DNA from: Promethearchaeota archaeon
GTDB taxonomy: Archaea > Asgardarchaeota > Lokiarchaeia > Sigyniarchaeales > Promethearchaeaceae
Direction: 5' to 3'
DNA length: 32,000 nt
NCBI GenBank assembly: GCA_016933055.1
Contig: JAFGBS010000014.1
Location: 90,001 to 122,000, forward strand
Part shown: positions 17,341 to 27,332 of the stretch, piece by piece
Position numbering within the stretch: position 1 is the stretch's first letter
How the letters are laid out: the number at the start of each line of letters is the position of its first letter
Notes under the pieces: model-generated
Database searches by the model: none
Told to the model about the DNA's origin: nothing
Seen by the model: only the letters and a program-made list of their open reading frames with translations
Made by a program: the position numbers and the translations under genes

Positions 17341-17580
17341 AATATTCGAATATGTTTTTTGAGGAAATTTCCCATTCCTTTCCCGAATATATTCGATAAT
17401 TTCCCTCTACCTGATATATGAATATGATCATGTAGAAGTTAGAGAGGAGGGAATACGGTGAACTCTCGTGAGAAAATATTCGAATTTTATGATATAAAGA
17501 TAATGATGAACATTTCTCGGGATTTAGTGAATGGATTGCATTCTTAAACGAATTTAGAAGTATCGAAGAATAACAACGAT

Positions 17581-17979
17581 TTATAGCGCTTCTATAAGAG
17601 ATAACAATCCTGAAGCGATTATTAAGAACACTCCGGCAAGACCCCATGCTGAATTATAGTCTTGGAATAATCTGGGAACAACTCCAAAAATTACAGCCTC
17701 AAGTATCCCTCCAATCAGCAGTACATACCAAGTTGCTTTGATAAACCAACGAGGACCGAATACTTCAATAGATCCAAGAATGGTGATACAAATCAACATA
17801 CCAAAAATAGGTAATATTACAGTTTGCACAGGATTTGGTGTTCCCAACCTAAAACTTTCAACCATCATCATAATGTGGAATACAATTGCTGTTATAGAAC
17901 CTAGTGCAGCAAAAATCTTTGTTAATTTTGCATATTTGAACTTCCAGTGATCAAATGGTTTTTTTCTCTCTTTTGGCAT
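17581..17979 (-). CDS. Small four-TM membrane protein, unknown function
   Basis: 132 aa with four hydrophobic segments and a basic N-terminus. Confidence 0.7.
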   Translation of the reverse strand: MPKERKKPFDHWKFKYAKLTKIFAALGSITAIVFHIMMMVESFRLGTPNPVQTVILPIFGMLICITILGSIEVFGPRWFIKATWYVLLIGGILEAVIFGVVPRLFQDYNSAWGLAGVFLIIASGLLSLIEAL

Positions 17980-18004
17980 ATTTATCTTTCACTTGTTTAA
18001 TAGT

Positions 18005-19204
18005 TCATAAAAAATCCATAAAAAGATTTACAAGAGTATCTATATAATGCTTAGGATTTAACTTCGAAATGAAGCAAAAGTCCTTTTTCTTCTTTGTACT
18101 TAATTTTACGGTTTTATAAAAATTGTATATTAAATTGCATGTAGTCTCAAAATCGGAGTAGTTAATCAGTTCCAATTTGTCAAAATGAAGTATTGATTCT
18201 AACACTTCTTTTGCCCCAATAAATCCATCTTTATCTAAAAATATCGCACAATTTGCAGCTGCTGCTTCTATGATAGTGATCCCAAATGGTTCATAGGAGG
18301 AAGTATGAAGGTAAATCGAACTCTTTTTAAGATGGTGTATCATTTGCTCAAGTGAAGTTCGTCCCAAAATTCGAATATATCGGTTTAATTTGTATCCATC
18401 TATGGATTGAATCAATTCTTGGTAATAATGTTTATCCAACGACTCCCCTATAAGTGTATAGGAAAAATTAACGCATCTCTTTTTAAGTTCATTTAGAATG
18501 GGTAAAATTCGCAAGATTTTTTTTTCTGGTACGATTCGGGAAATAGTGATTAGACGAATTTCTTCAGATTCTACCTGGTTTTCATTTATTTCAATTTCAT
18601 TCAGAAGTTGGATAAATGATTTCGTTAGGGGGGGATAGAGAGTTTGCACTTTTTTTGCACTATGAGCTAAACACCACTCTAGATCAAATCTTGATAGTGT
18701 GATGATTAAATTAGAGTAGTTGATAATACGTAATTCCTTTTTCTGGATCTTTTCATAATCATCAAAAGATAAGAAATATTCTTCGTAAAAGGAAAATATT
18801 CGGAAGAATTGAGAAATCAGCTGAATATTCAATTTCTCTTTAAGGAAGATAGCTAAATCAAAAGTATGCCAATCTATAGCAACAATCAAATTTGGATTAA
18901 AATTCTGTAATTGATTCAGTTGTTTTATTGCTTCTTTTTGAAATCCATCCCAATCACATGAAGGACCGAGATTTTTCTTGGTTTCGATTGGGATCGTAAT
19001 TACGGTGAGTAGTCCCAGGTCTATCCAGTGTAGTACTTCATTATCCGAGTCATATCCAAAGAGTGTGTTAGTAGGACAAAGAACCATTATATTGAATCCT
19101 TTTTCAAGTAATCCAAAAACTTGGATTCGTGATAAAGTACCATTCCCAGAAAAAATTGGTTGCAGAAAATCAAAAGTGAGATATATGATCCTTTCTCGGT
19201 TCAT
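18005..19204 (-). CDS. Glycosyltransferase family 4 (GT-B)
   Basis: ISRIVPEKK, YLHTSSYEPFGITIIEAAA (ExF/E-x7-E motif). Confidence 0.88.
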   Translation of the reverse strand: MNRERIIYLTFDFLQPIFSGNGTLSRIQVFGLLEKGFNIMVLCPTNTLFGYDSDNEVLHWIDLGLLTVITIPIETKKNLGPSCDWDGFQKEAIKQLNQLQNFNPNLIVAIDWHTFDLAIFLKEKLNIQLISQFFRIFSFYEEYFLSFDDYEKIQKKELRIINYSNLIITLSRFDLEWCLAHSAKKVQTLYPPLTKSFIQLLNEIEINENQVESEEIRLITISRIVPEKKILRILPILNELKKRCVNFSYTLIGESLDKHYYQELIQSIDGYKLNRYIRILGRTSLEQMIHHLKKSSIYLHTSSYEPFGITIIEAAAANCAIFLDKDGFIGAKEVLESILHFDKLELINYSDFETTCNLIYNFYKTVKLSTKKKKDFCFISKLNPKHYIDTLVNLFMDFL

Positions 19205-19351
19205 CTCAATTTATCACTTTTATTTTTATGATTTTGGTACTCATATACTTTGAGTTAAGAAGATATTTCGTTTAATTCATTTGAAATGTAACAAACAGTT
19301 TTAATATATAGCATCAATTGTTCTCGAATGTAGTAGGAGATTTAATGAAAA

Positions 19352-20185
19352 ATGTCAGATCATTTAGATAAAAAAGAACAAATGCAACAAAGGCATGAAA
19401 TAATTAAAGAGCGATTGCAAAAAATTAAGTATAAAGTCGTAATAATGAGTGGGAAAGGTGGGGTTGGAAAAACAACGGTAGCGGTAAATTTAGCTATTAA
19501 ACTCGCTGCGTTAGGCAAAACAGTCGGTATTCTCGATGTCGATATAACTGGTCCAAACGTTCCGCTTATGCTAAATATGGAAGGAATGCGGCCCGAAATA
19601 AACACCGATACAAAAACCTTTCGACCGGTTATTGGTCCGATGAATTTACGAGTGATGAGTATGGCTTTCTTGCTAGAATCGAATGAGACTCCGGTGATAT
19701 GGAGGGGTCCAATGAAAATGGGTGCTATTCGACAATTTCTAGCGGAAGCAGAATGGGGAGAATTGGATTATCTTGTATTCGATCTACCACCCGGTACCAG
19801 TGATGAAACATTAGATATAATGCAACTTATTGAGGGTGCAGGAATCGTGGTAGTAACTACCCCTCAAGATGTAGCATTACTCGACTCACGAAAAACCGTA
19901 AATATGGCTAAAACGATGGGTCGTCACATGCTGGGTATAGTAGAAAATATGGCGGGATATGTCTGTCCACATTGTGGGGAGAGTGTCAACATCTTCGGTA
20001 TTGGTGGCGGGGAAAAAGCAGCAGAAGCATTAAAGGTTCCATTTTTAGGCCGAATTCCGTTTGAAGTTGATGTTCGTATCCATAGTGATGAGGGATTACC
20101 TTTTATTATCGAAAATCCGAACTCTCCCAGTGCGCTAGCGTTTGAAAAGATAGTAAAAAAAGTCCAAAATGTAATGGAATCCTAA
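19352..20185 (+). CDS. mrp: Mrp/ApbC/NBP35 Fe-S cluster carrier ATPase
   Basis: SGKGGVGKTT, DVDITGP, WRGP, DLPPGTSD, VTTPQ, ENM...CPHCG. Confidence 0.95.
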   Translation: MSDHLDKKEQMQQRHEIIKERLQKIKYKVVIMSGKGGVGKTTVAVNLAIKLAALGKTVGILDVDITGPNVPLMLNMEGMRPEINTDTKTFRPVIGPMNLRVMSMAFLLESNETPVIWRGPMKMGAIRQFLAEAEWGELDYLVFDLPPGTSDETLDIMQLIEGAGIVVVTTPQDVALLDSRKTVNMAKTMGRHMLGIVENMAGYVCPHCGESVNIFGIGGGEKAAEALKVPFLGRIPFEVDVRIHSDEGLPFIIENPNSPSALAFEKIVKKVQNVMES

Positions 20186-20215
20186 AACAATTATTTTTTA
20201 TTTTCCAGAGGTTAA

Positions 20216-21049
20216 TTGGTATGTATGCAAGACACAGAAGAACGATCCGCATCTGATATGGTTTTATATGAGGAAAAAGGAAAAATTGCCTATCTTACCT
20301 TTAATCGTCCCGAAAAATTAAATGCTATGAATATTCCGTGCTTAAAACGGATACTGGATTTAGTCCAGCACGTCGATTCAAATTCCAATATAAAAGTACT
20401 TGTTATAAACTCAATAGGGCGAATGTTTAGCGCTGGTTATGATTTGAGTATCTTTAAAATGCCGATATCTCAAGAGGATATATCCAATTTCCTCGAAATC
20501 GCAGCAACTATTTCAAAATCTATACGTATGATTAAAAAACCTGTGATTGCTGAAATTCAGGGAAATGCTATCGGATTCGGATGTATAACTGCATTTGCAG
20601 CAGATTTTAGGTTCGTTGCGAATACCGATCCAGAGGGAAAACAGCCCTATTTTTACTTACCCGAATTGGGAATCGGCATTACTCCCGCTTCAGGTCCTAC
20701 TACCCTCCCGTTGATTTTACTAGGGGGGCATCATGCAAAAGAGATGTTACTTGGGGATAGGAGAATTGCAGTTTCGGAGATGGATAAATGGGGTGCTGTA
20801 ACTCAAATCTGCGAACCAGAGGATTTAAAGAAACAAGTGAAGAAATTTGCTCGTAATTTAGCGGAAAAAGATACAACCTTGTTGTTTTCCACAAAAACTG
20901 CATTAACCATCATGGAAAAACGATTTTTAGATGATTGTTATAATTTAGAGCGAGATCTTGCAATACATTGGGCAAAAAATTTAGTGACTAAAGATACAAG
21001 TGAATTGGATGGTTTTCTAGAGAATATGTGGAAAAAATATGGAAAATAA
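20216..21049 (+). CDS. Enoyl-CoA hydratase/isomerase (crotonase) family protein
   Basis: LTFNRPEKLNAM, FSAGYDL, KPVIAEIQGNAIGFG, ADFR, LPELGIGITP. Start is TTG 20216 or ATG 20225. Confidence 0.88.
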   Translation: MVCMQDTEERSASDMVLYEEKGKIAYLTFNRPEKLNAMNIPCLKRILDLVQHVDSNSNIKVLVINSIGRMFSAGYDLSIFKMPISQEDISNFLEIAATISKSIRMIKKPVIAEIQGNAIGFGCITAFAADFRFVANTDPEGKQPYFYLPELGIGITPASGPTTLPLILLGGHHAKEMLLGDRRIAVSEMDKWGAVTQICEPEDLKKQVKKFARNLAEKDTTLLFSTKTALTIMEKRFLDDCYNLERDLAIHWAKNLVTKDTSELDGFLENMWKKYGK

Positions 21050-21056
21050 TTGAGAT

Positions 21057-22766
21057 TTAATCCCAAATTTCCTCCAATTCTTTTTTAGTTATATCCCATT
21101 TACGATCTTCAATTTCCTCAAGTTTTTCCTCTAACATGAACTTTGGAAGCGTATCCGTGGCTTTTAATCCTGCGCGACTGTTAAATTCACGTTCCATCTT
21201 AATTCCATCAACCGCCCATTGTATCCAATCTTCGGCAGTTCTGTTCCAACCATATCGTGCATTAAATAATTTCGCCCATTTCTGCGTACTATCATAATCA
21301 GGTCCCACAAAATAGCAACATCCTGTGGAATCGGCAATATAGATGAATATTTGGAGTTCTTTCGATATCATAACTTTATTCTTACGTTCATACACTTCTC
21401 CATAATCTTTATCAGAATATGCTTTTCTACCATGAATTGCCGGACCTGCAGTATGGTCAGCACCCATCGCAGAAGTGACGAAGGTTACTCCCATACCCTT
21501 AAACGAGCGAGGTTCGTAAGCCGGAAATCCTTGCCTTTTTACATGGGGAATCCGTTCTATTCCCATTTTCTTACCAAGCTTATAACAGCCCAATCCCAGT
21601 AATAGACTATCAGGATTACCCTTAGAAAAACCTTTCAATAAATCAACAACCCCTTTTCTGTCACCCCATTTCAATTTACCCGCTTCCATTAGCACGGCAA
21701 GACAATTTCCCGTTTCAATCGTATCTAACCCATTATCATCACAGTAATGATCTATCCATCCCAAAGTCTCTATGTCATCAATCATAAGGTTGGATCCATT
21801 CATGATCATAGTCTCATATTCCAAACTAGAAGTCAGATGTTCATCGTTTGCTGTTCGTAAGATGTTTGAACAACGTATTGCACACCCCGGACTACAAGCA
21901 ACACCCTTTTTCCCATTATTTTTTGTAACAAAAGCATCCAACGCATCTGCATTTATATTTTCTACACCTCTAAATGACCCTCTTCGAAAGTTCTGAGTAG
22001 GTAAAGCATGGAGATGATTGACAGTATCAATGCCAATTGAAGTACCGTATTTTCTAAATACCTCTTTGGTTTCATTTAACGTTTTAAACCAATCCCGAGC
22101 AATGGAATAAAACTCCTCCTTATTTTTGTAAATCAACATTGATTTTGCAGGCGGATATACTACAATAGCTTTGATTTTTTTAGAGCCCATGACAGCGCCC
22201 AACCCCCCACGTCCCATGTGACGGGAGGGAAACCCCTCCATATCCATTGCGGCTATTGAGGAATTTATACATTGCTTTTCTCCTGCAAGCCCGATAGACA
22301 GAATTCCAACAGTATCACCATATTTTTCTTTCAACATATTCATTAACGGGTAATTATTAATTCCTACGAAATTAGTTCCGTCTTCTAAAGTAATTTCTCC
22401 TTCTTTTATCACTACTATCACCCAAGTCTCCGAAATCCCCTCAAATACTATTCCGCGAAAATCTTGACGGGATAATAACGCGGGAGCTTTGCCACCTGAA
22501 TTAGATTCTTTTATTCCTAAAGTCATTGGGCTTTTTGCACCCACAGAAATTCTCCCGCTGTTGGGGGCGGGAGTTCCTCCGATGAAACCACAAGCAAAAA
22601 TGAGCTTATTTTCGGGACCTAACGGATCACACAAGGGGTCTACCTCGTTGGAAATGATCTTGGAAGATAAACTTCTTCCCGCATACATTTCGTACGGATG
22701 TTTTGAAGTGATATCTTCTTTTGTAATTGTGTGTGATTGTAAATTGATTCGTGCAAGTATTGGCAT
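21057..22766 (-). CDS. aor: Aldehyde:ferredoxin oxidoreductase family (tungstopterin) enzyme
   Basis: DPLGPENKL, AKSP.T.GIKESN.GG, GRGGLGAVMGSKKIKAI, CxxGCxxxC, EYET, CDDNGLDTIE, GADH. Confidence 0.92.
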   Translation of the reverse strand: MPILARINLQSHTITKEDITSKHPYEMYAGRSLSSKIISNEVDPLCDPLGPENKLIFACGFIGGTPAPNSGRISVGAKSPMTLGIKESNSGGKAPALLSRQDFRGIVFEGISETWVIVVIKEGEITLEDGTNFVGINNYPLMNMLKEKYGDTVGILSIGLAGEKQCINSSIAAMDMEGFPSRHMGRGGLGAVMGSKKIKAIVVYPPAKSMLIYKNKEEFYSIARDWFKTLNETKEVFRKYGTSIGIDTVNHLHALPTQNFRRGSFRGVENINADALDAFVTKNNGKKGVACSPGCAIRCSNILRTANDEHLTSSLEYETMIMNGSNLMIDDIETLGWIDHYCDDNGLDTIETGNCLAVLMEAGKLKWGDRKGVVDLLKGFSKGNPDSLLLGLGCYKLGKKMGIERIPHVKRQGFPAYEPRSFKGMGVTFVTSAMGADHTAGPAIHGRKAYSDKDYGEVYERKNKVMISKELQIFIYIADSTGCCYFVGPDYDSTQKWAKLFNARYGWNRTAEDWIQWAVDGIKMEREFNSRAGLKATDTLPKFMLEEKLEEIEDRKWDITKKELEEIWD

Positions 22767-22897
22767 AAATTCTTCAAGCTAAAATACTTGCATTCTGTAA
22801 AATTCTTTTCGCTCTTGAGCTGTTAAACGAGTGTCTGATCTGGAGTTTATATATTTTGTTAAGCTTTATCAAGTTTCAAATCGGATAGACTAGTATT

Positions 22898-24379
22898 ATG
22901 GAAAAATTCACATATGGAGATTTGAAGCGAAAACCCGAAGGAACCGCGGGATTACGTGTCTTATTCTCAGTCGGTGAAATAAGTGATATAATCGCTTATC
23001 AAGGCTTCACATTTTTGATTTTTACATTCTACAGTGCCGTTATGCGTGTTAATATTAATGCTATAACCGTTGTTTATATTATCTGGACACTTTGGAATAG
23101 CCTTAATGACGTCATTTTCGGAACCATTAGTGATCGTTCCAGATTTAAGAAATTTCTAGGTGGAGGACGACGGGGACCCTATATGAGAATGATGGTGTTA
23201 CCGCTCGCATTAATTATGGTTTTACTATTTCTTTCTCCAATTGAGGGTGTTGGAGAGGGTGCTGGAGAGACAGGTTTACTATTATTCAAAATTGGGAACA
23301 TTCCATTCACTGTGCAATCAATATATATGTTAATCGTTATGATCTTTTTCGATACAATTTATACGATCTATAGCATAAATCATACATCACTCTACCCAGA
23401 AATGTTTTTAACACATAAGGCACGAGAAAAAGCAGGAGCTATGCGTCGAGTAATGATGGTTTTTGGATTATTAGTAGCATTTGCTGTTCCAACTTTTATC
23501 GTAGATGTATACATTCCTGGCGATCCAGAATCTCCGAGCTTAGCCGAGTCTTTACTCCAATACCGAATAGCGGGAATAATTTTTTGTGTCTTAATCTTCA
23601 TTACTGGAATTATCCACGTGATTTGGGGTATTCGAGAGCCACCTTATGACGAGATGCAAAAGAAAACTAATTTAAGCTGGAAAGATTCGTTCAAGCACAC
23701 GATAAAAAATAAAAATTTTATGATATTCATTTTATGCAGTTCAATGAATTGGTTTGTCTTTGGACTTGTCCCAATGATCTTCCCTGCTTATGGACAAATA
23801 GTAATTGGAGAGCCAGATGCATTTAAGGTTACAATTATATTACTTGTCCTCTTTATATCTAGCATACCAGGAGTTTATTTCTGGGCTTGGTTAGATAAAA
23901 AGTTAGGAAGTAAAGAGGCTTTTTTGGTTAATATGATTTCGTGGGCTTTATGCTTCATCCCATTATTCTTCTTAACTGACTATCTTAGCGTTCTAATCGT
24001 ATTTGTAGCGATGGGCTTTGTTTTTGGGGGGCCACCTTACTTTATCGATCGTAATATTTCTAATATCGCTGATGAGGATGAGCTAAGAACCGGACAACGC
24101 AGAGAAGCTTCATTTTATGGAGTGCATGCTTTTATAATCCGTCTAGCAACAATTTTGAATATCATATCTATCAATATTATATTCACATTTAATGGATGGG
24201 GTGATTTAGTTGAAGCTGCTCAAGGAGCGAGTTCAGGGGGGATTCAACTGTTGATGTCCGCATTTCCCCTTGGCGCGATGATAATAGGCATAATTTTTCT
24301 GTTGCTTTACAAGATTGGTAAGAAAGAAGCAGATGAATTGCAAGTTAAAATGAGAGAGTTACACTCTTTGGAAGAATAA
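22898..24379 (+). CDS. MFS transporter, GPH/MelB-like (MFS_2)
   Basis: About 12 TMs; ND...G.ISDR...GRR.PY and D.DELRTGQRRE..FYG glycoside-pentoside-hexuronide symporter motifs. Confidence 0.88.
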   Translation: MEKFTYGDLKRKPEGTAGLRVLFSVGEISDIIAYQGFTFLIFTFYSAVMRVNINAITVVYIIWTLWNSLNDVIFGTISDRSRFKKFLGGGRRGPYMRMMVLPLALIMVLLFLSPIEGVGEGAGETGLLLFKIGNIPFTVQSIYMLIVMIFFDTIYTIYSINHTSLYPEMFLTHKAREKAGAMRRVMMVFGLLVAFAVPTFIVDVYIPGDPESPSLAESLLQYRIAGIIFCVLIFITGIIHVIWGIREPPYDEMQKKTNLSWKDSFKHTIKNKNFMIFILCSSMNWFVFGLVPMIFPAYGQIVIGEPDAFKVTIILLVLFISSIPGVYFWAWLDKKLGSKEAFLVNMISWALCFIPLFFLTDYLSVLIVFVAMGFVFGGPPYFIDRNISNIADEDELRTGQRREASFYGVHAFIIRLATILNIISINIIFTFNGWGDLVEAAQGASSGGIQLLMSAFPLGAMIIGIIFLLLYKIGKKEADELQVKMRELHSLEE

Positions 24380-24422
24380 TTTTCCTATATTTTTTTTATT
24401 TATCAATCAAACAAGATTCAAA

Positions 24423-25547
24423 ATGGCTGACAAAATTCGTGTAGGTTTAATAGGTTTAGGAAGAATTAGTACATTACATTTACCCGTCTATAGATCCGAA
24501 CACAAAATGGATGCTGAACTGGTTGCTATTTGTGACACAAATAAAAAGCGGCTAAAAGAAGTAGCAGAAGAATACAATGTAGAAAAGGCATATCATAATG
24601 TTGATGAGATGCTGAATGACTCTGAAATCGATGCTGTAGAAATTTTAACGCCCCATGATACGCATTGTGAGATTACCATAAAAGCTGCTAATGCTGGTAA
24701 ACACATTTCCCTTCAAAAAGTTCCTGCCATGACCTTGTCAGAAATGGATCAAATGATTGCAGCAACAAAACGAAATAACATATATTTCAGAGTGTACGAA
24801 AACAATCGGTATTATCCTCCTTACCAAAAAGCAATGGAATTGATCCAGTCGGGAGTAATTGGCAAACCAGAAACAGTTGATTACCGGATGTGGTGTGGTA
24901 ATAAATGCATCGGAACATGGGATGTTCCTTTAAAAGCATGGATGTGGCGAATATCTGAGAAAGCGAACTACAAAAGTCCCATTATATTTGACGATGGTTA
25001 TCATAAACACAGTATCATAGCCAAGTTTCTTGAGGAACCTATAGAATCAGTGATGGCTTGGTTGGGAAGGAAAATTATAAAGGGAGTAGTCAAATTGGAT
25101 AACCCTTCTGTCATGATCTATGTGTGTAAAAATAGTTCTCATTATGGTGTTTGGAATAGCAGTTATCATGATATGGTTCCAATGTGCTCTGATTACTATG
25201 GCGATGACGAATACTGCGAAATTACTGGGACTCATGGCACAATTATCATCCCTGGTTGCACGGGGCAATTATTTAGCAATACTCCAGAATATGGTCCGGC
25301 TCGTCCAGGGGTTCATTGGATAGGAGAGGACGGAGTGTGGCATTCTGATACAAGTATGGAAACCGATTGGGCTGCCTCATTCACAAACTGTTCTAAAGCG
25401 TTTATTGATGGAATTAAAACGGGAAAACAAGTTGATCTTTCTCCTGAAGAAGCACGTTATATTTTACAAATTACATTAGGTTTCATTCGTTCGATCAGGA
25501 GTAATTTTGCGATGGTAAAATTGAAAGATGTAATAGATAGACCTTAA
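24423..25547 (+). CDS. Gfo/Idh/MocA family oxidoreductase
   Basis: IRVGLIGLGRIS, DAVEILTPHDTH, AGKHISLQKVP (EKP variant), RYYP.Y, DDGYH. Confidence 0.85.
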   Translation: MADKIRVGLIGLGRISTLHLPVYRSEHKMDAELVAICDTNKKRLKEVAEEYNVEKAYHNVDEMLNDSEIDAVEILTPHDTHCEITIKAANAGKHISLQKVPAMTLSEMDQMIAATKRNNIYFRVYENNRYYPPYQKAMELIQSGVIGKPETVDYRMWCGNKCIGTWDVPLKAWMWRISEKANYKSPIIFDDGYHKHSIIAKFLEEPIESVMAWLGRKIIKGVVKLDNPSVMIYVCKNSSHYGVWNSSYHDMVPMCSDYYGDDEYCEITGTHGTIIIPGCTGQLFSNTPEYGPARPGVHWIGEDGVWHSDTSMETDWAASFTNCSKAFIDGIKTGKQVDLSPEEARYILQITLGFIRSIRSNFAMVKLKDVIDRP

Positions 25548-25558
25548 TTTACTATAAT

Positions 25559-27226
25559 CTATTTTTTCTTATCTATAATTGCCCCGAATTTCGCGCTTGA
25601 AACAATTGAGGGGTATAGGGATAGAATCCCTTTATGAAATTTAGGATGGGGTCTTTTCCACTGCTTTTTTCTTTCATTTAGAGTTTTTTCATCCACTAAG
25701 AGGTTAATCATTTTTTGGGGGATATCAATTTCAATCATATCTCCATCTTGCACTAATGCAATTGGACCTCCTTCATACGCTTCTGGACAAACATGACCAA
25801 TTGCTGGACCTCTTGATGCACCAGAATATCTACCATCGGTTATCATGGCAACAGATTCTCCCAATCCCATCCCAATTAAGATGGCTGCTGGTAAAGATAA
25901 TTCCCGCATTCCTGGTGAGCCCTTCGGTCCCTCATACTTGATAACCAAAACATCCCCCGGATTCACATCTCCTCCTAATAACGCCTTTGCTACTTCTTCT
26001 TCACTCAAAAACACTCGAGCAGGTCCTGTGTGTGAATACATTTTTGGTGACATACCTGATTTCTTCACGATCGCACCTTCAGGTGCCAGTGTTCCATGAA
26101 GTACGATTAATCCACCTTCCCGTGAGATAGGATCCGTAAAACTATGAATTATGGTACGATCTTGGAGATCAATGTTTACAAGAATTTCCCGCATAGATTT
26201 TCCCACAACTGTAGGAACATCCAAATTCAATAGAGGGCTCAATTCTTTCAATGTAGCTAAAATACCTCCCGCTTGGTGGAAATCTTCTAAATTATGATTA
26301 GATGATGGTTTTAGTTTTACAATCAAAGGTGTGGATTCGGAAAAAGGCGCGAAATCATCATGCGTAAATGGAATACCGAGCTCATGTGCGATTGCACAAG
26401 CATGCAACACCAAATTACTAGAACCTCCAATAGCCAATCCTACTCTAATCCCGTTTTCAAAAGATTTAGTACCTAAAATATCCGATAGTTTTGTGCCATC
26501 TTGAACCAATTCTACAATTTTTTCCCCAGTCTTCATGGCAATTTTCTTTCGTTCTTCAGATATGGCAGGTGCTAATGCACAATTAGGAAGTGATAAACCC
26601 ACAGATTCCACGAAAGATGCCATGGTGTTTGCTGTTCCCATCATATTACACGCTCCGGGATTACATGTACATCTTACAATTTCATCGAAGGTATCCTTGT
26701 TTATTTTTCTTACAGCATACTCCCCAACCGCTTCTTTGATATCTGAAGTGACTTTTTTGCCGATTCCCGGAATTATGACGGGTTTCATTGTACCTCCTGT
26801 GAGAAATATAGTAGGGAGGTTACAACGAATAGCTCCCATGAGCATCCCTGGAATTATTTTATCACAAGAACAGATACACACTAATCCATCGAATCCGTGG
26901 GCTTGGACTTGACATTCTAAACTTGCTGCAATAATTTCACGAGAAGGCAGAACATATCGTGAATTGTTTCCGCTGTTGGCAATTCCATCGCAAATTGCAA
27001 TAGTATTGAACATCATTGCAGTTCCTCCTTGCTCTTGTATTCCTTGAGTCACAAGTTCTGTTAATTGATCCAAATGAATGTGCCCGGGATTCATGGTGTT
27101 GTAGGAATTGGCGATTGCAATCCGTGGTTTCTGTAAATCTTGATGTGAATATCCGCATCCGTGATACAAAGCTCGTTCATATGTTTTTAGGAGATTGAGA
27201 GATTGTGTTTTTGCTTTCCTAGACAT
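25559..27226 (-). CDS. ilvD: IlvD/Edd family dehydratase (dihydroxy-acid dehydratase-like)
   Basis: [82 protein letters not shown]. Real start is probably ATG 27226 (MSRKAK); the ORF-track extension to 27355 overlaps the divergent gene. Confidence 0.9.
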   Translation of the reverse strand: MSRKAKTQSLNLLKTYERALYHGCGYSHQDLQKPRIAIANSYNTMNPGHIHLDQLTELVTQGIQEQGGTAMMFNTIAICDGIANSGNNSRYVLPSREIIAASLECQVQAHGFDGLVCICSCDKIIPGMLMGAIRCNLPTIFLTGGTMKPVIIPGIGKKVTSDIKEAVGEYAVRKINKDTFDEIVRCTCNPGACNMMGTANTMASFVESVGLSLPNCALAPAISEERKKIAMKTGEKIVELVQDGTKLSDILGTKSFENGIRVGLAIGGSSNLVLHACAIAHELGIPFTHDDFAPFSESTPLIVKLKPSSNHNLEDFHQAGGILATLKELSPLLNLDVPTVVGKSMREILVNIDLQDRTIIHSFTDPISREGGLIVLHGTLAPEGAIVKKSGMSPKMYSHTGPARVFLSEEEVAKALLGGDVNPGDVLVIKYEGPKGSPGMRELSLPAAILIGMGLGESVAMITDGRYSGASRGPAIGHVCPEAYEGGPIALVQDGDMIEIDIPQKMINLLVDEKTLNERKKQWKRPHPKFHKGILSLYPSIVSSAKFGAIIDKKK

Positions 27227-27332
27227 TAGTTGATGACCATCTTCCTCTATTGTGTAAGAAATTTGTGTAAACAGTAATAAATCTCTATGGAATAGTATAA
27301 TCAAGAAATGTTCAAAGGAATGTAAATTACCT

